A program made the position numbers and the translations under genes. From Raillietiella orientalis (taxonomy: Eukaryota), in NCBI GenBank assembly GCA_036172245.1, contig JAYWIR010000003.1, forward strand, positions 5,394,001 through 5,458,000: a stretch of DNA of 64,000 nt. Direction: 5' to 3'. Positions 24,223 through 37,990 of this stretch are shown piece by piece. The number at the start of each line of letters is the position of its first letter. The stretch's first letter is position 1. Below the pieces are notes generated by a model that saw only the letters and a program-made list of their open reading frames with translations, was not told where the DNA came from and did no database searches.

Positions 24223-25499
24223 CTGCAAGAAAAAGAATCTTAATTAGCAGGCCGCACAGGCAAATGGGTTGGCGGGGGTTCAGCAGCGGGACTCGCGTGG
24301 GAGGGAGGCGGAGAAGCGCTGGCCAGTCGGTTGGACGGCGCGGAGGATGGGCCCGAAAGGAACGGTCAATCAGTCCGGTTCCCCAGCAGTCTGCCGCACG
24401 AATCTCTTCTGCCATAGGCTGGCGCCCTCCGATCCCGTTATTCGCTGCCCTCTTCCTTGTCTCTCCCGATCCACCCTGCTCCTATCGAACAGAAGGCCCA
24501 TCTCTGTCCGGTTAAGAGAATCGCAAGCCATGCGACTCACTGGCGTCCGCAGAAGATGCTAAATCCCTCGCTCAGCCGTTGGTGGCAGCGGCAGCAGAGG
24601 TGGAGAAACAGAAACAGTTCGGGGAGAAATGGGAAGTTGGTAGGGTGAGCACGGGAGAATTGGCCTGCCGCTTGGGATCCTTCGGCAGGCCGCCGCCGAA
24701 GCAGTTGCTCCGGAGACGGCGTGTCGAAAGATTCTCCAATGGGTTTTCGGAATGCTGAGCTTGGGCATGTCTTCACCATCCACCGCCTAGCTCTGAGCCC
24801 AGGACTTTTTGCCATGCGCCTAGAGGGAGACCCATCGGCGTACTTTCCAAAGATGCACGACGGGGCGGCAAAGAAAGCAGCCTCAGGACGTCGGGTCAGC
24901 CTCTGGGCGCCGTTCCTTCGAGGCATGCCCTCTCAGAGGTGAAAGTAGCTCGCAGGGAGGCTGGTGCCTTCTCCTGTGGGATAGTTCGAGAACGAGCGGA
25001 GCATTTGAGGCGCGGCCGGAGAACACGTTTCCCACTCTTCCCAGAAAAATAAATCTTTTGTGAGTAAGGAAGGCGGACAGTCGAGAATGGAAGCTAAGGA
25101 TCGCCTCGAAGGATGTGCTCCTGGTCGCTACGACGTCCCGCCAGGAAACCGTTGCGAGGTAGACGGAGGGGCTGCTACGGATTACAAGGAGTTGCGAGCC
25201 ATTCCTTGCGTCTCTCGCTCACTGCTTCTTCCCTACGAACTAAGACGTTTCAGGAGCTGCTTCGAGGGAGAGGAGCAGAGAAGAAGCTTCCCTTTGTCGG
25301 GTCGAGGAATTCACGTGTCGTTGCCGCGGATGCCAGAGCGGGGGGGAAAGTAAGGCTCAAAGTAAGGAGGGGCTCGAAAGAGCGTCCTCCGAGATGATGA
25401 TGCTTCTGGACCTTCCAAGAGGTCAGATAAAGGTCTTCCAGGGGGATGAGTCTTTTCCAGTCTCCTGTATTCTTGCCTTTTCTTCCTCCTCTCTTCCAC

Positions 25500-27500
25500 A
25501 CACATCCTTTTTTTCGAGTACATTTCTTCCTTGCCGCGACGGCAGCAGCGGGACTCGGCATTGCGGGAGGAGGAGGAAGGAAGAGGTGCAGACGTCCCAC
25601 GAGGCACAGGGATGTCCTCCCCGAGTCAACGCCGCGCTCCACGCTCGCGCCGACGGCGCCGCTCTTCCCACTCCTCACGGGGTTTGGGGCTGCCACCGTT
25701 GCCTAGCAGCGGGTCAAGTCCGCGCCCAAACCTGCTGCTTCCCACGCTTTCCTCTCTTCCCAGTCATTATCCGACGCCCTCCTGCTCGCCTTCGCGACGC
25801 ACCGTTCCTATTCACCCCACGAGGTGGCACTGGGGAAGGGAGGAAGATTTCGAGGGCAGCAGGCGGTTGGCTAGGCTGAGGCTTCCGACGAAGCCGGGAC
25901 TAAGCACAGCTCTTCATCTTTCCTCCCTACTTCAAGGACCAAGGAGAAGGGAACCGGGGTGGGGTGAACCCAAGAACAGCGAAAGCTCGCGTCTCCCACC
26001 CTTAGGTGATTCCTCCGGGATTCCGCGACCCTGGGAGCGTGGCCTGCGTGCCCTTTTGTTGATCGGCGGTTCCCGAAGGGAGGAAGATGAAGGGAAGGAA
26101 CCGCACTCCACCTCGAGCCCTGCATTGTCCCCTTACTCGCGTAGGAGTGGGTAGGAATGGAAGCGCCTAGTCGCTCCAGCCCCTTCTACTACCTCTTCCC
26201 GCTAGCACCAGCTCTGGAACTGAGGGCGCTCGCGTGTCCCCTTGCATCTCACGAGTACTTCATCCTTCTTCCCGTTCTCGAGGCGATTCTCACCTTCCTT
26301 TCCTGATTCGAGGGGAGGAGAGGAACGGGGAGAAGAAGAAGGCGCCAGGCTCTGCTGGTTGCCGACCTTCCTCCGGGTGCACGCGCGCACAGGAGGGAGC
26401 GGAAGGTTGGAGTGAAGGAAGCAGAGCTCGAGATGGAAGAGGGAAGGAGGAAGGGAGGAGGTTTCTTTGGGAGGAAGACAGGAGGAGCAAGGAGGGAGAG
26501 CAAAGAAGGCTGAGGAAGAGCAGGCGGCTCCGAACGCGAGAGAGGTTCCTGGAATCCCACGACGACGGCGCGTGCGGCGCCGTTCGAAGAACTGCGGTGA
26601 CCTCTGGCCCTCACGTGTGCGCGTCCGTCTCACGCGCGTGCTCGTGAGCGAGTCTCCCTCTCCTCCCCCCTCCTCCTTCCTTCCCACTCCTCCTTCCAAG
26701 CCTTCTCTCTCCCTCCTTCCCTCCCCTGCGGACGAGGCGCCTGTCTGGAGAATCCCAGGATAATCCCGATGAAGTCCCGCCGCCGCCGTCGCAGGGTAAA
26801 CCCAACCTTCAGAGCCGGCGCTCGCTCCCTCCTTCCGGAGACAGCGCGTCCCCTCCGAGGAGCAAGGACTCCTCCTAATCGATAAGCTCCGGCAGGCTTG
26901 GGGAAACGAGCGCGCAGCATCCTTGCGTGCTGGAAGCAGTCCGCGACGCCCAATTTGCTGCTGCAGCCGCGTCAGTCCCGGATCCTGTTGATCGAAGGGC
27001 GCCCGCGCGCCGTGGACAAAGTTGGGAGGAGAAGTTTGGAATGCGGCGGAGGAAGCGGGAAGAGGAATGGGGGGGATGGAATGGGGAGGGAAAGGATCGC
27101 TCAGGTGTTATCGATTTCCTCAGCCATGGGGAGAGCGGAACTCCTGAAAGGGAGGAGGAAAGTTGTTTCCAGGCAACTGGAACAGGGAATAGGAGGAGGA
27201 ACGGAGAGAGGGGTAGAGGGGGAAGGAAGGAAGAGGGGTGGCGTCATAGTGAGGCATAGGAGCACCGAGGTCCGTCGAAGAAGTAATGATGGCTGGTGGT
27301 CTCCAGAATTGGGCAGGGATGGGGGGTGAGGAAGAGTGGAGCGGAGGAGGTCCGGATGTCGCAGCTCTCCGGCCCAAAGGAGCCGTCGAAAGGATGGCGA
27401 AGGAGAGGCGGCGCCAGCTTCATGGGCTTCTCAAGGAAGGCGAGGATCACCACGGGGCAGGATGAGAGGGGAGGGGCAGGAATTTCGTCTTCTAGTGCAC
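25500..27500. promoter_or_regulatory. GC/CpG-rich island with GA/CT tracts just upstream of the MNRPIQV exon; possible internal promoter or alternative first exon
   Basis: Visibly higher GC and CpG density than the flanks (not computed); strong minus-strand donor AAG|GTGAGA at 26293. Confidence 0.35.
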
Positions 27501-30500
27501 ACTCCTCCCGAGTTCGGCGAGTTTCCACCCTCCTCAGGTAGAGGCAGACGCGGAGCGCGGCAGCAGACGGGATCGCAAATGCTCCCCGCCTTCCTCGATT
27601 TCCGACGCAACAGAAAACGTCACGTTCTCGAGAGACCGGAGCATTCGCTCTCGCAAAGGCGGCGGATGCTCCGGGGGACGAAGTTCATCACAGATAGCAG
27701 CGACAGGCGGAAGAAAAGTGGCCGGCAGGTCTTCCTCGAGGCATGGAAGTGTAGGCAGTGATGGTAGATGGATGCGAGGCGGGGAGCTTTAGGACACAGA
27801 TTTCGTCCTTCGGAACGGCCCAGCAGTGTTTCTTCCGCAGGTGAGCCTTGAAAGGAAAGCAGCACGGCGAGGAGGAGCTACGCGCAAGGGGGCCGGGTCC
27901 CTGGGCGGAAACAGCAGCAACAACCCGTTGCCTTCCCTCCATTCAAACCCTTCCGCCTCGACTCCTCTTCTCTGCTTCCTGCTAAGGCAGGAGCTTTCCG
28001 GAACGCATCTTTGCCTGGTAAGCCAGAAACCGAAGCTACCGCCACGCCCTGATCGACCTCGCTTCCACCGGAAGGAGTCACTAAGCTATTCGCGGCGGCT
28101 GCTCCCTCGGAGCTGTCTGCTGCTCTTCCTCGCACCCCGTTGGATGCCTCCAGAACCGCAATCCCAAGTTTCCTGTTCCTTCGAGGGACGTCCCCCCCCA
28201 CCCAATTCCTTCTGGACTTTTCGGCCCATGAAATGGGCGCGAAAGGGGGAGAAGGACAAATGGGTTCAGGCTCTCAGAAGCGAGCTTTCCCGTCTCGTGG
28301 TCGAGAAGACCGCGTCTTCGTGGGAAAGATCCCCGCGAGCAGCTGCAGCAGAATTGGGCATGCACCGGGGAGGACCCAGCAGTGGGGGGAACAGCGGGGC
28401 TAACGGGCACGGGTCGATACTTTTCCGGCCACCTAACCTGATTTCCAGTGAAATCAGATCAGCTGATCATGCCTTGCTTGAATCATCGGGAGGGGGGAAA
28501 CGTTTCGAAGTCCTGGGAGCAGCCCTGCCCTGATTATGAACGGCTTTATTCGTATGGAACATACAGCTGCTGCAAGCAGAGCAGGGATGACAAGGACGCA
28601 GCATCCCAGCGAGGAGAACTCTCGTTGAGAGCTTTTCTCTGCTCGGCGCGATGGCAGCAGGATGACGTCATTCCTCGGTTTGTGGAGTCCCTAGGAGTAA
28701 CTCCCAGAGTTCCTCATTGTGGAAAGGTGCGCATCTAGACCCGTTGCCATCAAGATGGCAAATCGCCTTTGCTCTCGAATTGCTTTTCGCGGCCACCTAG
28801 AAACGGTCGTAATCATGGGAGCTCTCATTGACGACGAAGAGATGAACGGGATTCAAGTAGTGAGCGCTTCCACGAGAACTCGGTCCTCGGCATGCGAATC
28901 TGAGCTACTATCCCGCCTCCTCCCTCTTCCTCCTCTCCCCCTTAACACACAACTCGTTTTCATGGAAGCGCAGAACGCAACACACCGGTTCCCAGCAGCT
29001 TCCACGTAGACAGCTGAGAAGAAATTTTCGCCCTCCAGAAGTCATCTTATCGATCGCGGCACATCGAAGCAACGCGTCGGACCCACCTGAGCTGCCATCC
29101 CTTCTCGCACCGCTCTGAGGAAACCAAACTCTCTCCTGCCCAGAAGGCTGCGCAGTGCCCTCGCGGCCAGAGGATTCTCAGGTGCTCACGAGGCGACAAG
29201 AAATGAATGATGCCGTTGGCAATTTTCGACGTGCTTCCTTCATCATAACGCTTGCTTGCTTCTTCTCATGCAATCAGGGCAAGCATCTTTGGTCCCTCAG
29301 GAAGACCGGCTGAGCCAGTCGGAGTAGAAACCTGGACGAGTAGCAAGCTTTCCGGCTGGTTAGAATGCGTGTTGCCATTGCCCATAGATGCGAAAATTCG
29401 AGGACCGCACGCAGACGCGAGGGAACAAAGGGAAATCATCAGAGAGGATCAGCTCCACCAGGGAGGACCACCTGAGAAAAAGCAGCTTCTCGAGGATTAA
29501 GCTGCCTCTCATACGGCGCTGGACGAATCGGCTCGGATGCTAGCAGAGATTTCTTAGGCGGGGTGATCTTTTGGTGTCCGATCGAACGACTGATCGGACG
29601 ACTCCCGCTTTCAGGATCGGAGGAAAAGTGCAATGCAGGAAAAGGCTGAATTGAGAGGTCGTTTCCTCAGAAATTGGCATCTGCATCAGCACTCGAAAGA
29701 TACCTCACCATGCACTGTTCCGATGTGATCCCTAACCACCCTTCTGCATTCGCGTTCCCCTGCCCTTTCTCATCTTTCCGGAATCTTTGGACGAGCGTGG
29801 TTCGTTTTCGTTTCCCTGGAAACAGTGAATCCCACCTTCGGCGCAACCGGTCGGATCTCTGGGTGAATCCCTCAGACGGTGATCCGCGGAAAAGAGGGAG
29901 CAGCGCACGTCAGTGAACGAGAGCGCGAAAGGAAAGACGTGGGATCAAAATGCTGAGTAGCAATGCACATCTCCTATGTGTGCGCTGACTTTATCAACAC
30001 CTTCCTAATCCTTTGAAATCTACATCGACCTCTGAGAAACGTGCAAGTGCATTAGCTGCGACAACAGAGGGGAGTGCTCAAGGGATCCTGAATTCTCTTT
30101 TCCAAAATGGCGGTTTGATGTAGGCAGGTCTTCCGGATGGTTACTTGTAGGAGGCACCAATTCCCGCATCCAGCTTTCAGTTTCGTTGTCTTAAATCATC
30201 TTTAAGTAAGGAGGGTTTGTTACAAATTCGAAATACAAACTGGAAATTGCGGGAGCCGGGTCGATCGCGAATGGTGTCCGAGTCTAGCAACTGATAAGGA
30301 AAATTCTTGGAAATCTGTTGGTACATAGGAAAAGATGCTGCCTGTCAGCACTATCGTTCAATTAACTGAGATCTTCACAAACACCCTGCAAGAAGCCTCT
30401 TTGTTAGTTGGGATTCCTTTCAACGATCGTTCTTCCAATGAAGGGACGAAAAGCTTTCATCCCTGAATCGTTTATAGGATTCTGAGAGTATGGGATGAAA

Positions 30501-33500
30501 ACAGAGCTCAAAGATCCGCCGATTTCCCTGGATCAAAAATCTCGAGACGAAACTCTTTCTCATGGATGCATCCTCTTTTGGGACCTCACTTTAAAGACAT
30601 ACTGGCATGCTGCTCATTAGAATGGGAAACGGGACTTTCTGGTGCTTTACACACCTCCGAAGAACGGTGCGATGGAAACGCGAACATGTGGAAATGTGCC
30701 TTTCGGCATAAAGATGCACGTTGCGGAAAAACATAAGGCTGCACAAAGAAAAAAAGAGGCAATGGAAAACGACCATCCTCTCAATGACAACCAAGAATGG
30801 AAAGCTCGAAGAGTAAATGAGGAGGAAAGTGAGCAGCAACGTTTCAAGGTAAGAGGAGTTTGGCTGCCGTCATGACGAGGAAGACTGCTTGAAATGAGTT
30901 CCGCCTGCCCGAGAATTCCATCTGCTCCTCCAAGTTAGTGCTTATAAATAAAGGGTCTTAGATGCGTGATTCTGAAGGTCGACAGGGAATCGAAGGGAGG
31001 GTATGTTGGGACCGAGTTGAAAATCATGCTTAAGTAGAAGAAATAACTTTAAGTAGAGATGCAAGAACGTTGAACGAAATTTTGGATCAGCTTATGGATC
31101 AGCTGCTCCCCTTGGTCCATACACAGTGCATTTTTGACCGTGGTGAAAGCCATCCTTCCTGGGCAGAGAGGATCGTTTTAGAATGAAGTAGATCTGCGTG
31201 CATTCTGGAAGCAGCTCATGAGGTTTGGATTCAGTTTTTAAGCTGGGATGTATGAAAAAAACCTCTCTCAAAAGGGGATGCTCCCAGAATGCATAAAAAA
31301 ATTCGGGAGATGGTTGTACAAAATGATCGTTTTTCTAAAGGTCGATATGGATGATGCTGGAATCAAAGATCCGGAATACGCTTTCACGCCTTAATCTAAG
31401 GGAAAAGGAATCATCCAGCTTGTAAAGATAAAAGGAAATAACACGATAAGGCTAATGTCCCGCACGTTCTTCCAGGGAACGCATCGAACTGCGTTGCCGG
31501 ATTTCCATCTGGACCGACAGCCGCAACTAAGGATCACTTCTTGACGCCACACGGAATGGGAGAGGCCGTCGTGTGAGATGTGTGAGCTCATCCCGCCTCC
31601 TTGGCTCCACCTTCAACTCCGCTTCGACGGTTTCCATGTTCGATTGGACATGGAAACCACACAGATCTACGGTTTTGGTTTCGAAACTGCCGAGGTCGAA
31701 TGCCGTGTGTGATTGTACAGATGCGTTCTTCATTGGGGGCGCCTCCCTTCTTCTCCGTTCAGCACTTTTTCCGTAAACGACTTATCAGTCGCAATGCTTT
31801 CCGCGTAGAGGATCCGAATCGGGTCTTTCTGCTCCAGTTCTCGGGATTTCAACTCTCTAGTTCCCTTGTTATGTTTTTTTTTTTTTTTTTCTCCCCAGCA
31901 GCTCTATTACAGTTCTTTCGTTTAGTGGAGAGGAATTTTCGACATATGGCCGTTTTCACTTTTTGACTTGCAAATTCCGTGCTGGCTTCGATCTGCGGGA
32001 CCTGCATTCCTGTTTCCTGTTCTTTTCTTCGACGGCAGAATTTTCTCTTCGGTAGAGCGCATCCGCCTTCATCCTGCGTTCACTATCGGCGATCCGATTT
32101 CCTCTTTCTCTCGGATGCAGCCCAACTGATTCTCGAAACCAAGTGCGAACGCTGGATGCTTGAAGAAGACTCGGAAAACGAACTTTCCGAGGCGTTGTGG
32201 ATGCTGTCTCGCATCCTCCTCTTTCGTCTTCAGACGAGCTGGAGGATTTTCCCGATTGAGGTGAACATCACGTGCGGAAGAATCTTGTCCATGCAAATCT
32301 TATCCAAAGAGAAACATGAAAACAAACGTGCCAGCTAATGAAAACCAACATACTATCCAAGAATCTAAGGGTCGTAGGCAAAAGAGACGTTGCTCTGGTT
32401 TCGAGGTAATATGCTGAATGAAAAAAACAAAAACATAAACAGAAGAAAATAGATGGATGATGATAACAGAAATGGAGACGAACCATTATTCAGCGCAAAA
32501 GATGGATGGATCGCCGCTATTTTGTATTCAAGACGCAAAGTTTGTATTCTAATGATGAAACAGAAGTGCGTTTGTATAGCATTTCAAAGTAATTGGATAA
32601 GACGATCGAGGCTGTATAATAAGAGATACTATAATGAGAACATTTGAGAGCAGGAGTGCTGCTTCCGTTCCTTGCAAGTATACGACACTTTGGGACACTG
32701 TAGATTAAATCAGCAGAATGAAGCCAACAGGGCTGATTTCACCTGGAGCACAGCAAATCCAATAAAAGAGAACCTTCAGCATCCGAAAGCAGACAGCTGC
32801 TTCCGGGACCCGAATGACTCCAGAAATTTATTACTTAAAAAAAAACAAAGAAAGGTGCCATTTTCTAAGCTACGCATCCAGAGATGGACTGCTGGGAGTG
32901 TTAAAGTTTAAAGGCGGCTGCCCCGAAGGAAAAATTCGCGGCCTTCCTTGGATGGTAAGTTTAAACGTGCAGTACGTCGCTCGTCCGTTTCGGTAACGCA
33001 ATTTTATTACGTACCCTTTCGAAAAGTTATTCAGTTGAATGTAATTCCGAAATCAAAATGAATAATGTCCCGTCGGCATTTTTGTTATCGTGGAAACTCC
33101 AGAAACACCCAACTCACTGCGCTCAAGATTACAAACTGAGATGGCAATCATCCCTTTGAACACATACGATGGATAGCCGGAAGATAAGGAGAGCATGATT
33201 TGTCTTAATCTGCTGGGAACTCTTGGGAGAATCGACTGATTTGGGGAATTTTCCGGGCATTTCGTATGGCATGCAGAGATAAACACAGGTGCCGCCAAAG
33301 ATCAAATAGCATTGCAGTAGATTCCCTGATTCCGTTCTTCCTGGCTGATTCTCTGGAGCCGGCATGTGTTTTTTTAGAATGAATGTTCCTTGGATCGCTG
33401 TAGATCTTGTTCTGCTCTAAACGGGAGAACCCCATTTCTTACTTTCGTCCGACTCGCTCATTTCAGGCATGGCTTTCTTGCAAACTTAACCTACGCTCCA

Positions 33501-33610
33501 TGGGGTATTCCAAGCATTATATACTTCAAGAAACTGCAAGAGATGCATCCGTTCTTATTACCTTTCATTATGCTCATTGTGAATATCTTATCGATTTCAG
33601 TTTTTTTCTT

Positions 33611-33637
<27 letters not shown>
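33611..33637 (+). repeat. (TG)13 microsatellite
   Basis: Read directly. Confidence 0.95.
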
Positions 33638-33641
<4 letters not shown>

Positions 33642-36598
33642 CTTGCCTTCTCAGATAACTTAGCTCGAGTTTTCCGAAGGACATGCTCATCCTGTAAAAA
33701 AAATCACCTCACTCGTTACCTGGATACAGCTCACGATTTGGATTCTCACAAGCTGGCATTTGCGGGGGGGGGAAAGTTACAGCTGCAAGTGAGTTCCGCG
33801 AGCTGCTGTTGACCAAAGCAGGAAAAGTGTCAAGAAAACGATGCTAAATATCTCCGAGTTGATCGATCGCATCCGTGAAGCTAAATTTGCTCTTCTGAAT
33901 GCTGGCTGCAGACGGAGAAAAATTTTCCAGACTGACCAGGGGATCGATGAGATTCGTGCTTTTCCGGCTTTCATCCAGGCATCAGTTACAATCGCGATCT
34001 TCCCAAGCCGTAATTCAATTCAATTTCTTCCAACCGTCTAAATTCAGCACAACTATTTCACCTGTTAATCCACATGGATTCTTTTACTCTTTCGCTCTTG
34101 ACGACCTAGACAGCGAAAGTGACCAGCTTGAGATGACCCAAGTAGGAGTTCGGGGTCTCTTTGCTGAGCACTTTGCTCTTTGAACGGCGAAACGAACTGA
34201 GAGAGAAAGCAGTGGTAAACACAAACTGAAGAAAGGAAACTGAATCCTCAAGCGCCAAAGTCCTCAAGTTTTTCGATTCTCATCAGGGTCTCAAAGTTAT
34301 CCCCTGTCCACCAGAGGAAAAATGTAGGCCGAACCACGTGATTAAGATTTACTGCATCACTGTCAAAGATCCCCACAGTAACGTATCGATCTCTTTCGTT
34401 ACAGCGCTACTGCTGAAATGATTATATAAGGACTACTGGAGGAAGAAGCAAACACATCCCTCGCTTTTGAACAAAGGACCTACTGGTGTTCTTACCCTCA
34501 TCTGAATTCGTAAAATTCTCAGTTTTCATTCGAAGCTTTCGAGATTTCGAGAATGCCTTTTTATTATCCACACCCGGTTCCCGCCTTGAAGTACTTTGTC
34601 CCCTTGGGTTTGCTCGAATGCGAAAAATAGGCAGTTGGACTTCTTCGAGAAACGATCCTCGAAAATCCACCATTCTACTTCCAAAAATACCGGTGAACCC
34701 TTCCTTCTACAGACAAAGGTTCTCCGACCTAGCCATGAAAGGTCCTACAGGGGTTCGATTCGTCAAGATATCTGCTCACTGCTCTGGCTATCGACTAAGC
34801 CCGCTTATTATACGCATCTTGCCCTCTCCAATGAACACGAATTAACCATCCCCATTTCTTTGCTTTGATTTATACTTCTGCAGCTCCTCATTGGCTGCAC
34901 GGAACTGCGCGAACACTCCGTCTCACTCTCTCCACAAAAAAAGCTGCCATATCACTTCGGTTTGCATCACCATCTCTTCAGCACGTGGAAAGAAATGTGG
35001 CGGCGAGAGTTCTCAGCTCTCTTCACAGCCGGACCAGAAGCGGATCGCTTCTTCATGAGTTGCCAGGATTTTTTCCTCCTCCTAAGCAAATGCAACAAAG
35101 AAGGCCTACGTGAACCTTTGTGCGGCCCATTGGGGCACTGCAACTTCTAGGAGACACGAACGAGCTAACATCCCTCCTGGACACGTCGTTAAAGGTCACC
35201 GCAAACGAGTTCTGCGGGGAGATTCGTCTGGTCAAATGAACTCGGAACGAAAATAAACAAATCAGCAAAGGAGGAGGAGGAAAGAGGAAAGTGAATGCGA
35301 GGGCTCCTTTTGAAAAAGAGGCCTGGAAAAAAGGACTGTGATATTTGCTTGGAAGGTGGTGTTATCAGGTTTGCCATGCCTGATTCCCCACGTACTCCTT
35401 TCCCCGAACTAACGACACACGTTCACACTTACATACATAGGGGATCGGAACGCTCCCTCTCATTTTGAGAGACTGACTCAATTGTCCAAGACTCCAAAAA
35501 GACGGGAGCGTTCTCTGAGAAACGAGAACCTTTGCCGCAGTTTCGGGAGAATTCAGAATCCCACCGAGGAGCTGACCTCCCGGGCAGGCCACGTATCGGC
35601 TCTTCCAGAACAGGAAAGGATCTCGGAATTTTTCAGAGCACTTTGGGTGATCTATAAGAAGCTTTGGAGTCTGCGATCCGAGTAGCAATTGCGACAGTTC
35701 CGATTCTGGATGATGGTCTTTGGAAACTGTGGGCAGGAGATTCGCGGAAGTCTGGGCAAATGCTGTGAGACTGCATCATGCGGAGGTTATCTGTGAAAAT
35801 TCACGATGCAGGCCGTGACATGCCTCTATTGACATCTCTTGCAGCATCAAGTTTCTACTTTTCAAGGCTGTCAGAGTTCAACTCAGTATAAAGTTCTGAG
35901 TATCGCTGCAGAAAGACATCGCAGAAGGCATGACGGTTTAGCCGAGCTGGAGGAAAGAAAAAAGAAAAGAAAAAAAAAAAAGCCCTTTAGAAAAATTGGA
36001 AAAAAAAAAAAAAAAACAGCGACTTCTTTTGAGGATGAGTGCCTGAGCAGTTTGAACTCCTAAAGTCATGTTTTTCCCAAGGATCCCAATTCAGATTTGA
36101 GACGTACTAGCAAAGATGCAAGATCGTTCCGAGTCGGCAGTCGAAATCAACACTCGAGGTTGAAAATCGCAGAAAGAACACCTCAGAATTCAGTGATATC
36201 TGGACCATTTGAGGATGAGTCCGATTAACTCTTTGACCGATCACCTGTTGCTTTTTCGTGAAGCTTAGAGAAGATGCAACATCATCTGGGACGCCTTCTT
36301 GCCACCACAAAGGAGGCTCGGAGCTCCTTCTCTTGCCGAGGAGGAGTCCGAAAGCGGCTCTCTTTTCCTCACGACAGATATCTTTACGAATTGGATATCT
36401 TCCCGAGAGCCTTCGAAAAGTTTCCTTGTGGGAGTGACCAAGGTGTCCTGGGGGAAGCAAACCATACGAATGGCCCAAGCTGGTTCATATTCCATCTTTT
36501 CACTCTATCCCGCACTTCCGCTCTTCCGCGAGTTTTCCCTTGCATTTTGGAGCCAATTCAGCGTATTTTCATCGCTTGCTTTGATCGAGTTGGCCAAC

Positions 36599-36662
36599 TT
36601 TTTTTTCTTTTTTCTTCTTCTTCTTCTTCTTTTTCTTCTCTCTCTCTCTCTCTCTCTCTTTT
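36599..36662 (+). repeat. Compound T / (TTC)n / (TC)n pyrimidine microsatellite
   Basis: Read directly. Confidence 0.95.
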
Positions 36663-37829
36663 CAGGACAGCCACACGAGGAAGCAAACGGCACACTCCTA
36701 ATCACAACCGAGCACATTTCGATGATGATGGTAAGAGCTATCCCGTCCTATTCCTTTGGACCCTTCCCTGCTTGGTCGTCCCACATAAACCAACATTCCC
36801 TTCGACAGCCCCCAAAGCACGCCAGACGGACCGACCTCTATTTATGCGCTTGCATTTCCTGAAAATGAATTCCTGTTTCTTTCAAGAACGCGGGGAATGT
36901 TTAAAAAGATAGATCGAAGAGAAGAGATGAAAAGATGGAAGAGGAAGGAGTTGAAGAGTCGTGCGGAAAGCACAAGAACGCATTTTCCTCGTGACAGATC
37001 GTCAGCGGTTTGGAGAGCATCAGCCAGGGATGACAAACGCACGTTTTTATTGCGCAGATCATAATGCCAGCCCTGGAGAATCGCAGAGGACGATTCGGGA
37101 TAATTCCGATCAGAGGACCTTCTCCTATGAGGGATGAGTTTCCCTCAGCGTGTTTACACGTGCTGGCACAAACCGTGCCGACACACGAAACTGAATTCCC
37201 CTACCAATCTGACACACGGATCTCCGTAGGATATGTGATGAAAAATCAGCGTGAGCGCCCACACACAAGGAAGCGCGGGGTAAGGAAATGAAATGCCGCA
37301 GTAGGGTGTTGGCTTCCCGAATGATCTGCGAGGTTTGAAATGAGATTATTTCGGTGGAGAAACCTACTTTACGCGATGCCATCCATCTCTTCCTAAGCTT
37401 CGTCATTTTTCTGTCTTGAACGCTTTACCGCATCATCCGGAAATCCTTGATTCCTCGATCTCGGTGGGAACGGAATTCCATTGCGAATTGAGGGGGAGGA
37501 GCTGAGAATATTCCTCTTGATCTCCCCATTGATTACTCGTTTATTCAAGAGCCATTCTCGACCGAGAACTCTTAATAATAAGTGAGGTACCAACGTGCGC
37601 AGCACGAGAAATGACTGCAAGAGGATTGCGAATTCAGACGTACACAGCATCCCGAGCAGCTTCCCATTGTTATGAGGAAATGAGAGCATATGCGTTCTAC
37701 ACAAACGCGTACACACGTGAATGGATTCATCCTCAGAGGCTTCTGCGAGAGAGAAACGCCATTCGCGTGGCTCCCGAAAGCCGGAAAGTCGGGTGCAAAT
37801 GACTCTGTTCCCATGCCGCCATCTTAAGG

Positions 37830-37990
37830 AATTCGATTAATCAGCCAATGTGTCACTACTTTAAGTCTTGCCATTAATCAGTCTTTCATCAACGTTGATT
37901 TGCATATTAATCTGGACTGACTCGAACACAGCTGACAATGCGATGTCATTCCGCGATGGTAACTCCTTTATAGGCACTATAAAGAGGTTT
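37830..37990. promoter_or_regulatory. Candidate enhancer: cluster of homeodomain, POU and E-box motifs
   Basis: ATTAATC three times (37836, 37873, 37906), octamer ATTTGCAT at 37898-37905, CAGCTG at 37929-37934, in a local AT-rich patch. Confidence 0.35.

Noticed and set aside
34271..34286. Minus-strand CTGATGAG-AAT-CGAAA, resembling a minimal hammerhead ribozyme core
   Set aside because: No stem III with an NUH cleavage triplet and no good stem I.
34496..34501. Possible 6-nt microexon cag|ATGAGG|gtaaga
   Set aside because: Weak pyrimidine tract; not distinguishable from background.
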